A stretch of DNA of 64,000 bases from an uncultured delta proteobacterium (GTDB lineage Bacteria > Myxococcota_A > UBA9160 > UBA4427). Position 1 is the stretch's first letter; the number at the start of each line of letters is the position of its first letter. Made by a program: the position numbers and the translations under genes. The notes beneath the pieces are model-generated. The model was given only the letters and a program-made list of their open reading frames with translations. It had not been told where the DNA came from and searched no databases. Location of the stretch: the NCBI GenBank assembly GCA_963822965.1, contig CAWGJT010000006.1, positions 64,001-128,000 of the forward strand, read 5' to 3'. Below are positions 1-9,236 of the stretch, in pieces.

Positions 1-527
1 TCCGGATGCTGGCCGCCCAGGGCAATGGCCGCCCGATCCTTGGCGGAGACCGCGAACACGCGGGCTTGGGGGAACGTCGCCTTCAGCCAGTCGCCCAGGG
101 CGTCGGCGCGAATGGGCCGCGGCGAGCGTCCCGCCTCGGGATCGTCGTCGCCGCCGATCACGGCGGCATCCGGCGCCGGATCCGCAACGCAGTAGCGACG
201 CTCTCCCGACTCGCGGTCGATGTAGGTGTTGGCGGTGACGCCGACCGGACCCGGCTCGCGGCCCGTCGCGATGGCCACGTGACCGGGACAGGTCTCCGTG
301 ACCGCGTGGTCGAGCTGCGCGTCGCTGTACGCGCGTCCTTCCCGGGCCAGGCGACCGAGCCCCCCCGGCAGGGCGGGGTCGAGGCGGTCCCGGCGCAGCT
401 GGTCGATGGCCACGATCAGGACGAGCGCGGGCCGCCGCGCCCCAGGCGTGCCCTCGCCGTCTGCCGCGGACGCAGGACGCGCGAGGACCACGAGCACGAG
501 CGCCGCAGCGACCAGGAACCGGAGCAC
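1..527 (-). CDS. Alkaline phosphatase superfamily protein (PafA/PhoK-like), secreted; runs off window start
   Basis: Not in ORF track. Manual translation from GTG 527: signal peptide VLRFLVAAALVLVVLARPASA, then LVLIVAIDQLRRD, ETCPGH (Thr nucleophile motif), SAKDRAAI. Confidence 0.8.
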   Translation of the reverse strand, partial: MLRFLVAAALVLVVLARPASAADGEGTPGARRPALVLIVAIDQLRRDRLDPALPGGLGRLAREGRAYSDAQLDHAVTETCPGHVAIATGREPGPVGVTANTYIDRESGERRYCVADPAPDAAVIGGDDDPEAGRSPRPIRADALGDWLKATFPQARVFAVSAKDRAAIALGGQHP

Positions 528-578
528 GGCGGCAAGCTAGCAGGTAATCTTCCCCGACGATTCCGGGAGGAGCGAGGC

Positions 579-1742
579 ATGCCGTACGCAGCAGGCCGTA
601 CGATCCACGACGCGGACAGCCACGTGATGGAGACGCCCGAGTGGATGTTCGACTATGCGCCCGCGGACGTCCGCGCCCGCATGAAGCCCGTCTTCGTCGC
701 GTCCGTGAAGCCCGGCGAGGAGACCTTCATCGAGGAGCTGCGGCGCCGCCATCGCGACCCGGAGTATCGCGCCCGGGACGAGGCCGAGATCATGCTGCGC
801 AAGAACTGGCAGGCCACCGGCTCGTTCATCGCCGAGGACCGGCCGCGGGCCCTCGACCTGCTGGGCTTCGAGAGCCAGCTCGTCTTCAACACGTTCTCGA
901 ACGGACAGCTGCTCGCCGCCGAGCACGGCGACGACGTCGACTTCGCGTACGCGCTCGCCGAGGCCCACAACCGCGCCATGGCCGACTTCTGCTCCGTGGA
1001 CCGGCGCCTGCTCGCGACGGGCTACGTCCCGCTGCGCGACTTCGAGCGGGCGCGCCGGGCCGCCATCCAGGCCATCGAGCTCGGCTGCAAGGCGCTGCTC
1101 TTCGCCTCGGCCTGCCCGAAGGGGCACTCGCCCAGCCACATCGGCCTCGATCCGGTCTGGGCCGTGGCCCAGGACGCGGGCCTGCCGATCGTGCTGCACG
1201 TCGGAGGCGGGGGTCGACTGCTCGACCCCTGCTACTTCGAGAACGGCCTGCCGCCGGTGCCGGACTTCCACGGCGGCGCGGAGAACTTCCGCTCGGTGGA
1301 CTACATGGCGATCCCGTATCCGCCCATGCAGACCCTGGCCACGATGATCCTCGACGGCGTCTTCGAGCGCTTTCCCCGACTGCGCTGCGGGGTGATCGAG
1401 CAGGGGGCTTCCTGGGTGCCCGGCTGGATGCGACAGCTCGATTCGGCGGTCGACGCCTTCCGGCGCAACGAGGAGCGCCTGCAGAACCTCGCCCTTCGGC
1501 CCAGCGAGTACGTCCGGCGCCAGATCCGCGTCACCCCCTACCCCGCCGAGGACACGGGCTGGATCATCGAGAACGCGGGCCCCGAGGTGTGTCTGTTCTC
1601 GTCGGACTACCCGCACGTGGAGGGCGGGCGCAACCCGCTGAAGCGTTTCGAGGCGTCGCTCGACGACGTGTCCGAGGACGCGAAGACGCGCTTCTACCAC
1701 GACAATTTCGCCGACTTGATGGGCGCGGGCCTGCCGACTTGA
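579..1742 (+). CDS. Amidohydrolase family protein (amidohydro_2 type)
   Basis: IHDADSH, VLHVGG and FSSDYPH motifs; ATG 579 preceded by GGAGG. Confidence 0.85.
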   Translation: MPYAAGRTIHDADSHVMETPEWMFDYAPADVRARMKPVFVASVKPGEETFIEELRRRHRDPEYRARDEAEIMLRKNWQATGSFIAEDRPRALDLLGFESQLVFNTFSNGQLLAAEHGDDVDFAYALAEAHNRAMADFCSVDRRLLATGYVPLRDFERARRAAIQAIELGCKALLFASACPKGHSPSHIGLDPVWAVAQDAGLPIVLHVGGGGRLLDPCYFENGLPPVPDFHGGAENFRSVDYMAIPYPPMQTLATMILDGVFERFPRLRCGVIEQGASWVPGWMRQLDSAVDAFRRNEERLQNLALRPSEYVRRQIRVTPYPAEDTGWIIENAGPEVCLFSSDYPHVEGGRNPLKRFEASLDDVSEDAKTRFYHDNFADLMGAGLPT

Positions 1743-1869
1743 TCCGCGCGGGCCGGCCGACTTGATCCGCGCGGGCCGTCCGACTTGATTCGCGCGGGCC
1801 GGCCGACTTGATCCGCGCGGGCCGGCCGACTTGATCCGCGCGGGCCGGCCGACTTGATTCGCGCGGCCG
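1710..1869 (+). repeat. 23-bp tandem repeat GCCGACTTGATCCGCGCGGGCCG: 6 near-perfect copies (1733-1869) plus one degenerate copy (1710-1732)
   Basis: Read directly; no spacers; copies 3 and 6 share a C>T variant (GATTCG). Confidence 0.95.
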
Positions 1870-1870
1870 T

Positions 1871-3850
1871 CTACTCGGGCAGCGCGTAGGCGATCACGGC
1901 GTCGCCGGGCTCGGACCAGCCGTGCCCTCCGGCCGCCACCACGACGAACTGCCGGCCGTCGGGCCGCAGGCGATAGGTGAGCGGCGTCGAGTTCGCCGTG
2001 AAGGGAATCCGGCGGCTCCAGATCTCCTCCCCCGTCCGCGCGTCGAAGGCCCGGAAGCTCTTGTCCGTGGTGGCGCCGATGAAGACGAGCCCACCCGCCG
2101 TCACGATCGACCCGCCCAGGTTCGGCGCCCCGAGCGGCAGCCAGAGGGGGAACGGCGCCTGGTCGCGCGTGGTTCCCAGGGTGGACTGCCAGAGCACGTC
2201 GCCGCTGCGCAGGTCCACGGCGGTCAGGGTGCCCCACGGCGGCGCGAGGCACGGCGCACCGAAGCTCGACAGCAACGGGAAGCGCTTCACCCCGTAGGGG
2301 GTACCGCGCATGGGATACAGCTCGTTGGGATACTGGTTCAACGCGGGATCGAGGGCGTCGAACTCGGCGCGCGGTATCAGCTGCACGACGGCGGCCGCCC
2401 GCATCTGGTTCGTGTAGAGGACGCCGCGTACGGGGTCGACGGAGACGCCGCCCCAGTTCATGCCCCCGGCCGAGCCCGGGTACTGGATGGTCCCCTGCAG
2501 GCTCGGAGGCGTGAAGAGCCCCTCGTGGCGGTAGCGGGCGACCTTCTCCCGGCAATCGCTCTCGTCGATGGGCGTGAACCCCCAGGCGGTCTCGGCGGTC
2601 ACCTGCGTGGGATGCAGCGGCGGCGGATGGGTGGGAAACGGCTGCGTCGGCGAGAGCGTCTCGCCCGGCACCGTGCCCTGGGGCACGGGCCGCTCCTCGA
2701 CGGGATAGAGGGGCTGGCCGGTCTCGCGATCGAGCAGGAAGACGTGACCCATCTTCGTGGCCTGGGCGACGCCCGGCCTGCCGCCGCCGACGCCGTCGAT
2801 CTGGAAGAGCGTGGGCTGCGACGCCACGTCGTAGTCCCACAGGTCGTGATGCACGGCCTGGAAGTGCCACACCACCCGGCCCGTGCGGGCGTCCAGGGCC
2901 ACCGTCGAGCTGCCGTAGTAGTCGAGACCGTGGCGCAGACCTCCGAAGCTGTCGGGCGACGGGTTGCCCGTGGGCACGAACACGAGCCCGCGCTCCGAGT
3001 CGCTCGAGAGGGGCGCCCAGACGTTGGGCGTTCCCGCCTCGTAGCGACGACCGTGCGCGGTCGGCGTGGGCCGCCAGCCGGGCGGCACGGGATCCCAGGC
3101 CCAGCGCAAGGCGCCGGTGCGGGCGTCGAAGCCCCGCACGACTCCGCTCGGCGCGTCGACCCGCAGGCTGTCGGCGACGAGGGCGCCGATCACGACCACG
3201 TCGCCCACCACCACGGGCGGCGAGGTCGGGTAGTACTCCCAGGACGGGACGTCCTCGCCCATCCCCTCGCGCAGGGCCACCCGACCCGCCTCGCCGAAGC
3301 CTTCGCAGGGCCGGCCCGTCTTCGCGTCGAGGGCGATCAGCTCCGAGTCCCGGGTGCCGTAGAAGATCCGCTCGCGGCAGGCGTCGCCCTTGCGGGCGGC
3401 CGGGTCCTGCCACCAGGTCACCCCTCGGCAGGTGAGCGGATACGGCCCCTCTCCCCGCTTCGCGCGCAGCTTCGGGTCGAAGGTCCAGCGCTCCTGCCCG
3501 GTCTCCGGATCGAGCGCGACGACGCGCATGAAGCCGGTGCAGAAGTAGAGGGTTCCGTCGGCGACGATCGGCGTCGCCTCGAACGACGTGCGTGCGAACT
3601 CGCCGCGGCCGTCGGAGAAGTCGCCGTGACGGTAGGTCCAGGCGACCTCGAGGTCCTGCACGTTCTCGGGGGTGATCTGCGTGAGCGGCGAGTACCGCAG
3701 CCCGCCCTCGTCTCCGCCGTAGGCCGGCCAGTCGGCGACCGGCCCGGCGTGGTCGAGGGGACTCGAAGGAGAGCAGCCCAGCGTCTGCAGGAAGATCAGC
3801 AGCACCCCGGCGCCCAGCAGGCGGGACAGCACGCTCGATCCGGACCCCAT
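1871..3850 (-). CDS. PQQ-dependent dehydrogenase (glucose/quinate/shikimate dehydrogenase-like), probable lipoprotein
   Basis: WPAYGG, RYSPLTQITPENV, FEATP, CRGV, HHDLWDYD, PPWGTL motifs; N-terminal hydrophobic stretch ending LGC. Confidence 0.88.
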   Translation of the reverse strand: MGSGSSVLSRLLGAGVLLIFLQTLGCSPSSPLDHAGPVADWPAYGGDEGGLRYSPLTQITPENVQDLEVAWTYRHGDFSDGRGEFARTSFEATPIVADGTLYFCTGFMRVVALDPETGQERWTFDPKLRAKRGEGPYPLTCRGVTWWQDPAARKGDACRERIFYGTRDSELIALDAKTGRPCEGFGEAGRVALREGMGEDVPSWEYYPTSPPVVVGDVVVIGALVADSLRVDAPSGVVRGFDARTGALRWAWDPVPPGWRPTPTAHGRRYEAGTPNVWAPLSSDSERGLVFVPTGNPSPDSFGGLRHGLDYYGSSTVALDARTGRVVWHFQAVHHDLWDYDVASQPTLFQIDGVGGGRPGVAQATKMGHVFLLDRETGQPLYPVEERPVPQGTVPGETLSPTQPFPTHPPPLHPTQVTAETAWGFTPIDESDCREKVARYRHEGLFTPPSLQGTIQYPGSAGGMNWGGVSVDPVRGVLYTNQMRAAAVVQLIPRAEFDALDPALNQYPNELYPMRGTPYGVKRFPLLSSFGAPCLAPPWGTLTAVDLRSGDVLWQSTLGTTRDQAPFPLWLPLGAPNLGGSIVTAGGLVFIGATTDKSFRAFDARTGEEIWSRRIPFTANSTPLTYRLRPDGRQFVVVAAGGHGWSEPGDAVIAYALPE

Positions 3851-3881
3851 CGGCGGCCGAAGCGGCCCCCCTCCAGAGGAG

Positions 3882-4970
3882 CTAGAGCAGCTCCTGCTTT
3901 CGCGTGAGGTAGGGGAAGTGGACGGCCTCGGTCGTGTCGCGCACGGGCGCCTCACCGCTCACTCCGAACAAGGGGCTGCTCGCCACCTGCATCACCGGGG
4001 CCGCCTCGCGTGCCCGGCGTGCCCGTCCCTGGGTCCGCGCGGAGACGGAGCTGCGCCGCAGATCGTTGGGCGCGAAGGGTGCCACACCCGCTTCCTCGGC
4101 GCGCTTGTCGAGGCACTGTCGGACGGCGCTGGCCGTCAGGCGGCGGACCTCCACGGTGCCGTTCTTCCGCACGGGGCACAGGAGCGGACCGTTGGCGTCG
4201 CCCCGCGCCTCGAGCCAGTCCTCCAGGGCGATGAGGGCGCCATTCTGGAGCGGCACTGTGCGGCCGCGGGAGTCCTTGGTGCCCTTCACGTAGACGGTGA
4301 CCTGTCCGCGGCGGTTGTCGAACTTCATGTCCTTCAGGTTGAGCGCGAGCATCTCGTTCGCCCACAGCCCTCCCTGGTAGCCCAGGCTGAGGATGAGCGC
4401 GTCGCGCGGTCCCTCGGGCGTGGAGTCGACGCCGCACGCCGACGTGAGCGCCCGGAACTCGCTCGCCCCCAGGATGCGCCCGCGCACGACGCGCTTGCCG
4501 TCGGCCTTGGGCATCTCGAGCGCCGCGGCCCGTTCCTCGTCGCTGAGGAAGCCGAGCTTGTGGCACTCGCTCAGCACCCGGCGAAGTGAATTTCGCAGCT
4601 TCTGGACGTGCTTGGCACCGTAGGCGGGGGGGACCTGGCGGTACTTGCGGGTCGGATCGCGGTCGAAGCGCAGGGATTCGATGCGCGCCGGCGTGCCCTC
4701 TTCCTTCAGGATCTGCAGAGCGGCGGCGCCGTGGTAGGCCTTCACCTGCTGCCAGGGAAATTCGTGGGCGTCGCAGACGCCGTCGGTGAAGAGCAGAGCC
4801 AGGGTGTGGAGGGCGTCCTCGGCGGTACGCCGGACATCTCCGGTCTTCAGGGACTCGAGGTAGCTCTGGACGGCTTTCGCGCCGCGCTGCACCTCCTCGG
4901 GCTCGAGAATGAAGTCGGCTGATTCTCCTGCGAGGCGCTCGTCTCCCAGGTAGACAGCATCCGTGGCCAT
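3882..4970 (-). CDS. Tyrosine recombinase/integrase-like protein with degenerate active site
   Basis: RDALILSLGYQGGLWANE (box I), RTVPL, ALEDWLEARG, GPLLCP, FAPNDLRR (box II); no GH...Y segment. Confidence 0.8.
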   Translation of the reverse strand: MATDAVYLGDERLAGESADFILEPEEVQRGAKAVQSYLESLKTGDVRRTAEDALHTLALLFTDGVCDAHEFPWQQVKAYHGAAALQILKEEGTPARIESLRFDRDPTRKYRQVPPAYGAKHVQKLRNSLRRVLSECHKLGFLSDEERAAALEMPKADGKRVVRGRILGASEFRALTSACGVDSTPEGPRDALILSLGYQGGLWANEMLALNLKDMKFDNRRGQVTVYVKGTKDSRGRTVPLQNGALIALEDWLEARGDANGPLLCPVRKNGTVEVRRLTASAVRQCLDKRAEEAGVAPFAPNDLRRSSVSARTQGRARRAREAAPVMQVASSPLFGVSGEAPVRDTTEAVHFPYLTRKQELL

Positions 4971-5113
4971 ACTGGGGGGTCTCCGGTGGCCATTCCAGCT
5001 CGCCTGCTTCGGGACTGCAGCGTGGGCTCCTGTGCTCCTGCTGGCTGACGGCCGACCGCGGGGCTCGAGGTGGAGCCCGCGCCGCTCCCCGACAGCAGGC
5101 TGCGGGAATAGCG

Positions 5114-5170
5114 TTCGAGTGGGTTTTTGTCCGCTGTGCGCTCTTCATATGGCACGAAACCCGACTCGAA
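5114..5170. promoter_or_regulatory. Inverted repeat upstream of the recombinase-like gene (operator or RNA hairpin)
   Basis: TTCGAGTGGGTTT ... AAACCCGACTCGAA (one bulge); minus-strand TTGACT hexamer at 5170-5175 abuts it. Confidence 0.45.
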
Positions 5171-5324
5171 GTCAAGCGCCGTTGCCGGGCGGGACGATTC
5201 TCCAGCCAGTTCAGGTGGTTAGCAGAACGCGAAGATGTCGGACTCGCCGGGTCCCCCAGGGATTCCAGCCGGATTGGACCCACGAGTCCCAGATTATGTC
5301 CGTTTCTGTCGTACCAATTCCTGC

Positions 5325-7460
5325 TCAATCGGTCCCGGGACCGCCTCCCTCGCCCTCTGGGGAGGTGGCGGACCCGTCGGCGTCGGCCCGATCCGCCAGG
5401 TACAGCAGGATGGCCCGGGCGTCGCTCTCGTCGATCACGCCCCCGAAGCCCGGCATGCCCCGCCGGCGCAGGCTGCCGTGCACCACGATGTTGGCGAACG
5501 AGCGGCGCGCACCGGGCCGCAGGTAGCGCAGGTCCGGCAGCGCCCCGCCGCCGACGGCACCCACGCCGTGGCAGGCAGAGCAGTTGACGGCGTACAGGTC
5601 CGAGCCTCGCTTCACCAATGCCTCGCTGCCCGGCGGTGGGGGCGCCGGCGGAGCCGGGCGGCGCCGTGGCGGCGGCGGGGTCGGCAGCCGGGCGGTGCCT
5701 CCGAGCCGATAGGTCAGGATGCGACCCGCGGGCCGGGCCCCCACGGCGCGCGCGGCGTCGCCGCCCGACAGCCCGAAGGCTCCCCCCCAGCCGGCCAGCA
5801 CCGAGACGTACTGCACGTCGTCCACCCGATAGGTCATCGGCGCGGCGATGATGCCCGTGGGCGCCTGCGCCTCCCACAGCTTCTCTCCCCGGTCGGCCGA
5901 GTAGGCGACGAAGCGACCGTCGGCGGTTCCCTGGAAGACCAGGTTGCCCGCGGTCGCCAGCACGCCGCCGTTGCCGATGGCGTCGTACGGCACGCGCCAC
6001 ACCCGGCGTCCCGCGACCGGATCCCAGGCGTCCAGGCTCCCGCTGGCGGCCTCGCGCGGGAACGAGGTCGCTTCGGTGAAGTCGACGCCCGCGTTCGCGT
6101 ACGAGCCCGGCACGTAGACGAGCGGCTTGCGGATCGGCGCGTAGTAGCCCGCCACGTCCTGGGCCGGGATGTAGACGAGCCCGGTCCCGGGATGGAAGGC
6201 CATGGGCTGCCAGTTGTGAGCGCCGAGGCTGCCGGGCCGGATGAAGGCCGGGTGCTCGGCGTAGTCGCCCGCACCCGTCTCCACGGGGCGGCCGCTGGCG
6301 AGGTCGACCCGGTCGGCCCAGGTCACCCGGGCGAAGGGGGTGGCCGAGAGCAGCTCGCCCGTCTCGCGGTCGAGCACGTAGAAGAAGCCGTTCTTGGGCG
6401 CCTGCAGCAGCAGCTTCCGCACGCGCCCGTGCCACGGCAGGTCGGCCAGGATCATGTGCTGCGTGGCGGTGAAGTCCCAGCTGTCGCCCGGCGTCGTCTG
6501 GTAGTGCCAGACGAGCTCGCCGGTGTCCGGACGCAGCGCGAGGATCGACGACAGGTACAGGTTGTCGCCGCCGCCGGGGCTGCGCACGTCGCGACTCCAG
6601 GGCGCGCCATTGCCGGTCCCGACGTAGAGCAGGTCGAGGTCGGGATCGAAGGCCATCGAGTCCCAGACGGTGCCGCCACCGCCCACCACCCACCACGGGG
6701 TGTGAGGACCCGAGTCCGCGGACCAGGTCTCGAGGGCCCGCTCGAGGGCCGGCGATTCCTGGGGCTCGCCCGGATTGCGGGGCACGGTGTAGAAGCGCCA
6801 TACGAGTCGCCCGTCCGCGGCGTCGTAGGCCGACACGTACCCGCGCACGCCCATGTCGGCGCCACCGTTGCCGATGATGACCCGTCCCTTCACCACCCGC
6901 GGCGCGCCGGTGATCGCATACGGACGTTCGAGGTCGACGGTCTGCACCGACCAGCGCACGTCGCCCGAGCGCGCGTCCAGGGCGACCAGACGCCCGTCGA
7001 GGGTTCCGACGTAGACGGTGCCCCGCCAGAACGCGACGCCCCGATTCACGACGTCGCAGCAGAACGTCGAGGCGCGCTCCCGGGGAACCTTGGGGTCGTA
7101 GGTCCAGCGGAGCTCGCCCGTGGCGGCGTCGAGCGCAACCACGACGCTCCAGGTGGCCGTCGTGTACAGCACGCCGTCCACCACCAGCGGCGTGGCCTCC
7201 AGGCCGCGATGGGTGCCGAAATCGAAGCTCCAGGCCAGGCCGAGCTCGCTCACGTTGTCGTCGCGAATCTGGTCGAGCGGGCTGTAGCGTTGCTCGGCGT
7301 AGTCGCGGCCGTGGGTCAGCCAGTCGTCGGGATCGAGATCCGCCCGCGCGATGCGCGCGCCGTCCACCGGCCGCGCGTCGGGGGCGAGCGGGGCGCTGCA
7401 AGACGGCAGCACCCACACCGCGAACGCCGCCACCAGCGCCGCACCGATTCCCGACCGCAT
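5325..7460 (-). CDS. Quinohemoprotein (PQQ + heme c) alcohol dehydrogenase
   Basis: WLTHGRDY, vicinal cysteines FCCDVVNRG, GGGTVWD, WDFTATQ, APKNGFFY, C-terminal CSACH heme motif; true start inside the 1283-aa ORF. Confidence 0.9.
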   Translation of the reverse strand: MRSGIGAALVAAFAVWVLPSCSAPLAPDARPVDGARIARADLDPDDWLTHGRDYAEQRYSPLDQIRDDNVSELGLAWSFDFGTHRGLEATPLVVDGVLYTTATWSVVVALDAATGELRWTYDPKVPRERASTFCCDVVNRGVAFWRGTVYVGTLDGRLVALDARSGDVRWSVQTVDLERPYAITGAPRVVKGRVIIGNGGADMGVRGYVSAYDAADGRLVWRFYTVPRNPGEPQESPALERALETWSADSGPHTPWWVVGGGGTVWDSMAFDPDLDLLYVGTGNGAPWSRDVRSPGGGDNLYLSSILALRPDTGELVWHYQTTPGDSWDFTATQHMILADLPWHGRVRKLLLQAPKNGFFYVLDRETGELLSATPFARVTWADRVDLASGRPVETGAGDYAEHPAFIRPGSLGAHNWQPMAFHPGTGLVYIPAQDVAGYYAPIRKPLVYVPGSYANAGVDFTEATSFPREAASGSLDAWDPVAGRRVWRVPYDAIGNGGVLATAGNLVFQGTADGRFVAYSADRGEKLWEAQAPTGIIAAPMTYRVDDVQYVSVLAGWGGAFGLSGGDAARAVGARPAGRILTYRLGGTARLPTPPPPRRRPAPPAPPPPGSEALVKRGSDLYAVNCSACHGVGAVGGGALPDLRYLRPGARRSFANIVVHGSLRRRGMPGFGGVIDESDARAILLYLADRADADGSATSPEGEGGGPGTD

Positions 7461-7676
7461 CCCAGCCCTCCCGTCCCGACCCGGCGCGCAGTCTAGCCGC
7501 CGAGCTCGCGGGATTCGCCCGGGGCGTCGGCGCAGCCGCGCGCGCCCGCAGCTCCGCGCAGACGCGGACCGCGGACCGCGGACCGCAAGTTGACGGCTCC
7601 CGGTGGGGGTGTCAGCGTAGGCTGTTCTTCCATCCCGTCGCGCCCTTCCCGTGAGCAGTCCATCCACCATGCCCCG

Positions 7677-9164
7677 ATGACGGAGAACCTCCGCCAGCGC
7701 ATTCAGGCCAGCCCGCGCTATCCGGGCTGGGTCCTGTTCGCGTGCCTCACGGGCATGTTCGCCACCACCTTCACCATCACGATCCTCGGCGTCTCGCTGG
7801 CGGTGATCGCCGACGACCTGGGATCGACGCCCGCCGTGGTCGCGTGGACGATCACCGCCCCCATGCTGGTGCAGGCCCTGGCGCTCCCGATCCTGGGCAA
7901 GCTGGGCGATCTCTACGGGCACCGCCGCGTCTACCTCGTGGGATTCGCGCTCGCCGCCGCCGCGGCGCTGGCGACGGCCGCCGCCTGGGACGCCACAAGC
8001 CTGATCACCATCCGCACCCTGGGGCAGCTCACCGGTACGGCCACCATGCCCGCCTCGACGGCCCTGCTCTTCAGCGTCTACCGCCCCGAGCAGCGCGTGA
8101 AAGCGATGGGCTGGGTGAGCCTCGTGTCCGCCGGCGCGCCCGTCTTCGGCCTCGCCATCGGCGGGCTGATGGTGGACACCCTGGGCTGGCGGCCGCTCTT
8201 CGTGATCCAGGCGGTGCTGTCGGCGATCGCGCTGATGTTCGCGACGATCGTGCTCAAGGAGACCCGGCGCCAGGAGGGCATCTCCCTCGACATTCCCGGC
8301 GCCGTGCTGCTGGCCGTCGCCGCGTCCGCGTTCACCTTCGGCATCAACCGGCTGCCGATCTGGGGCGTCCGGCATCCCGGCGTGCTGGTGCCCCTGGCGA
8401 TCGTCCCTTTCGCGCTGCTGGCGTTCGTACGGGCGGAGCGGCGCAGCAGCCACCCCCTCGTCCCGCTGGAGTTCTTCTCGCGTCGCAACTTCACGTTTCC
8501 GCTGCTGAGCGGCTTCTTCGTGCAGTTCGCCTACATGGGCGGCTTCATCATCAGCCCGCTGCTGCTGCTGCAGGTGTTCGGCTACTCGGCCACTGCCACG
8601 TCCTTCCTGACGATGCTGCGACCCGTGACGTTCAGCCTGTCGTCGCCCGTGGGCGGATCCATCGCCACCCGCATCGGCGAGCGCACCATGGTGGTGGTGG
8701 GATCCGGGACGATCGTGCTGGCCATGGCGAGCTTCGCGCTCGGCGCCGCCCACGAATCGATCTTCCTGATCGGCGGCGGGCTGATGATCGCGGGGCTGGG
8801 GCTCGGGATCGGACAGCCGTCCATCGCCGCCATCGTCGGCAACAGCGTCGACGACCACAGCTTCGGCGTCGCGAGCTCCGCCGTACAGATGGCCGGCTCC
8901 ATCGGCGCGGTGTCCGGAATCAGCGTGCTCACGGCGCTCACCGCGGACGCGACCCATACCGACGTGTTCGTGAACGGCTACGGGGTGGGCGCCGGCATGG
9001 CCGCCATCGGCTTCGCGGCGAGCTTCTTCACCCAGGGGCGCCGCGCCGCTGCGCGCGCCCGCGGCCCCGTCGTCATCGACCCGCTGGAGGCAGCCCTGCT
9101 GGAAGCGGCGGCGCTGGACGCTCCGCCGGCCGAGCGCGAGCGGGGTCGACCCGGGCCCGGCTGA
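7677..9164 (+). CDS. MFS transporter (DHA2/EmrB-like)
   Basis: GKLGDLYGHRRV motif A; many hydrophobic helices; LGWRPLF. Confidence 0.9.
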   Translation: MTENLRQRIQASPRYPGWVLFACLTGMFATTFTITILGVSLAVIADDLGSTPAVVAWTITAPMLVQALALPILGKLGDLYGHRRVYLVGFALAAAAALATAAAWDATSLITIRTLGQLTGTATMPASTALLFSVYRPEQRVKAMGWVSLVSAGAPVFGLAIGGLMVDTLGWRPLFVIQAVLSAIALMFATIVLKETRRQEGISLDIPGAVLLAVAASAFTFGINRLPIWGVRHPGVLVPLAIVPFALLAFVRAERRSSHPLVPLEFFSRRNFTFPLLSGFFVQFAYMGGFIISPLLLLQVFGYSATATSFLTMLRPVTFSLSSPVGGSIATRIGERTMVVVGSGTIVLAMASFALGAAHESIFLIGGGLMIAGLGLGIGQPSIAAIVGNSVDDHSFGVASSAVQMAGSIGAVSGISVLTALTADATHTDVFVNGYGVGAGMAAIGFAASFFTQGRRAAARARGPVVIDPLEAALLEAAALDAPPAERERGRPGPG

Positions 9165-9236
9165 GCGGCCTCCCAAGAGGACAACGCTCAGTTGTCCTCA
9201 GGTTGCAGGTCAGCGCCCCTGCCGGGCGCTGACCGC

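Noticed and set aside
1733..1869. CRISPR array
   Set aside because: Units are head-to-tail with no unique spacers; no cas genes in the window
2820..2850. Lanthanide-dependent PQQ enzyme based on WDYD
   Set aside because: WDYD is routine in glucose/quinate-type PQQ dehydrogenases; the quinohemoprotein has WDFT, so there is no diagnostic support
4971..5324. Known riboswitch (e.g. c-di-GMP-I) upstream of the recombinase-like gene
   Set aside because: I could not match the consensus motifs by eye; kept only as an unassigned structured region
7563..7586. Short GCGGACC triplet repeat (also GATCCxTGC repeats near 62300)
   Set aside because: Too short and GC-rich to distinguish from background slippage
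5325..9176. 1283-aa fusion protein
   Set aside because: The first ~570 aa are antisense to the MFS gene; the real gene starts at the signal peptide at 7460
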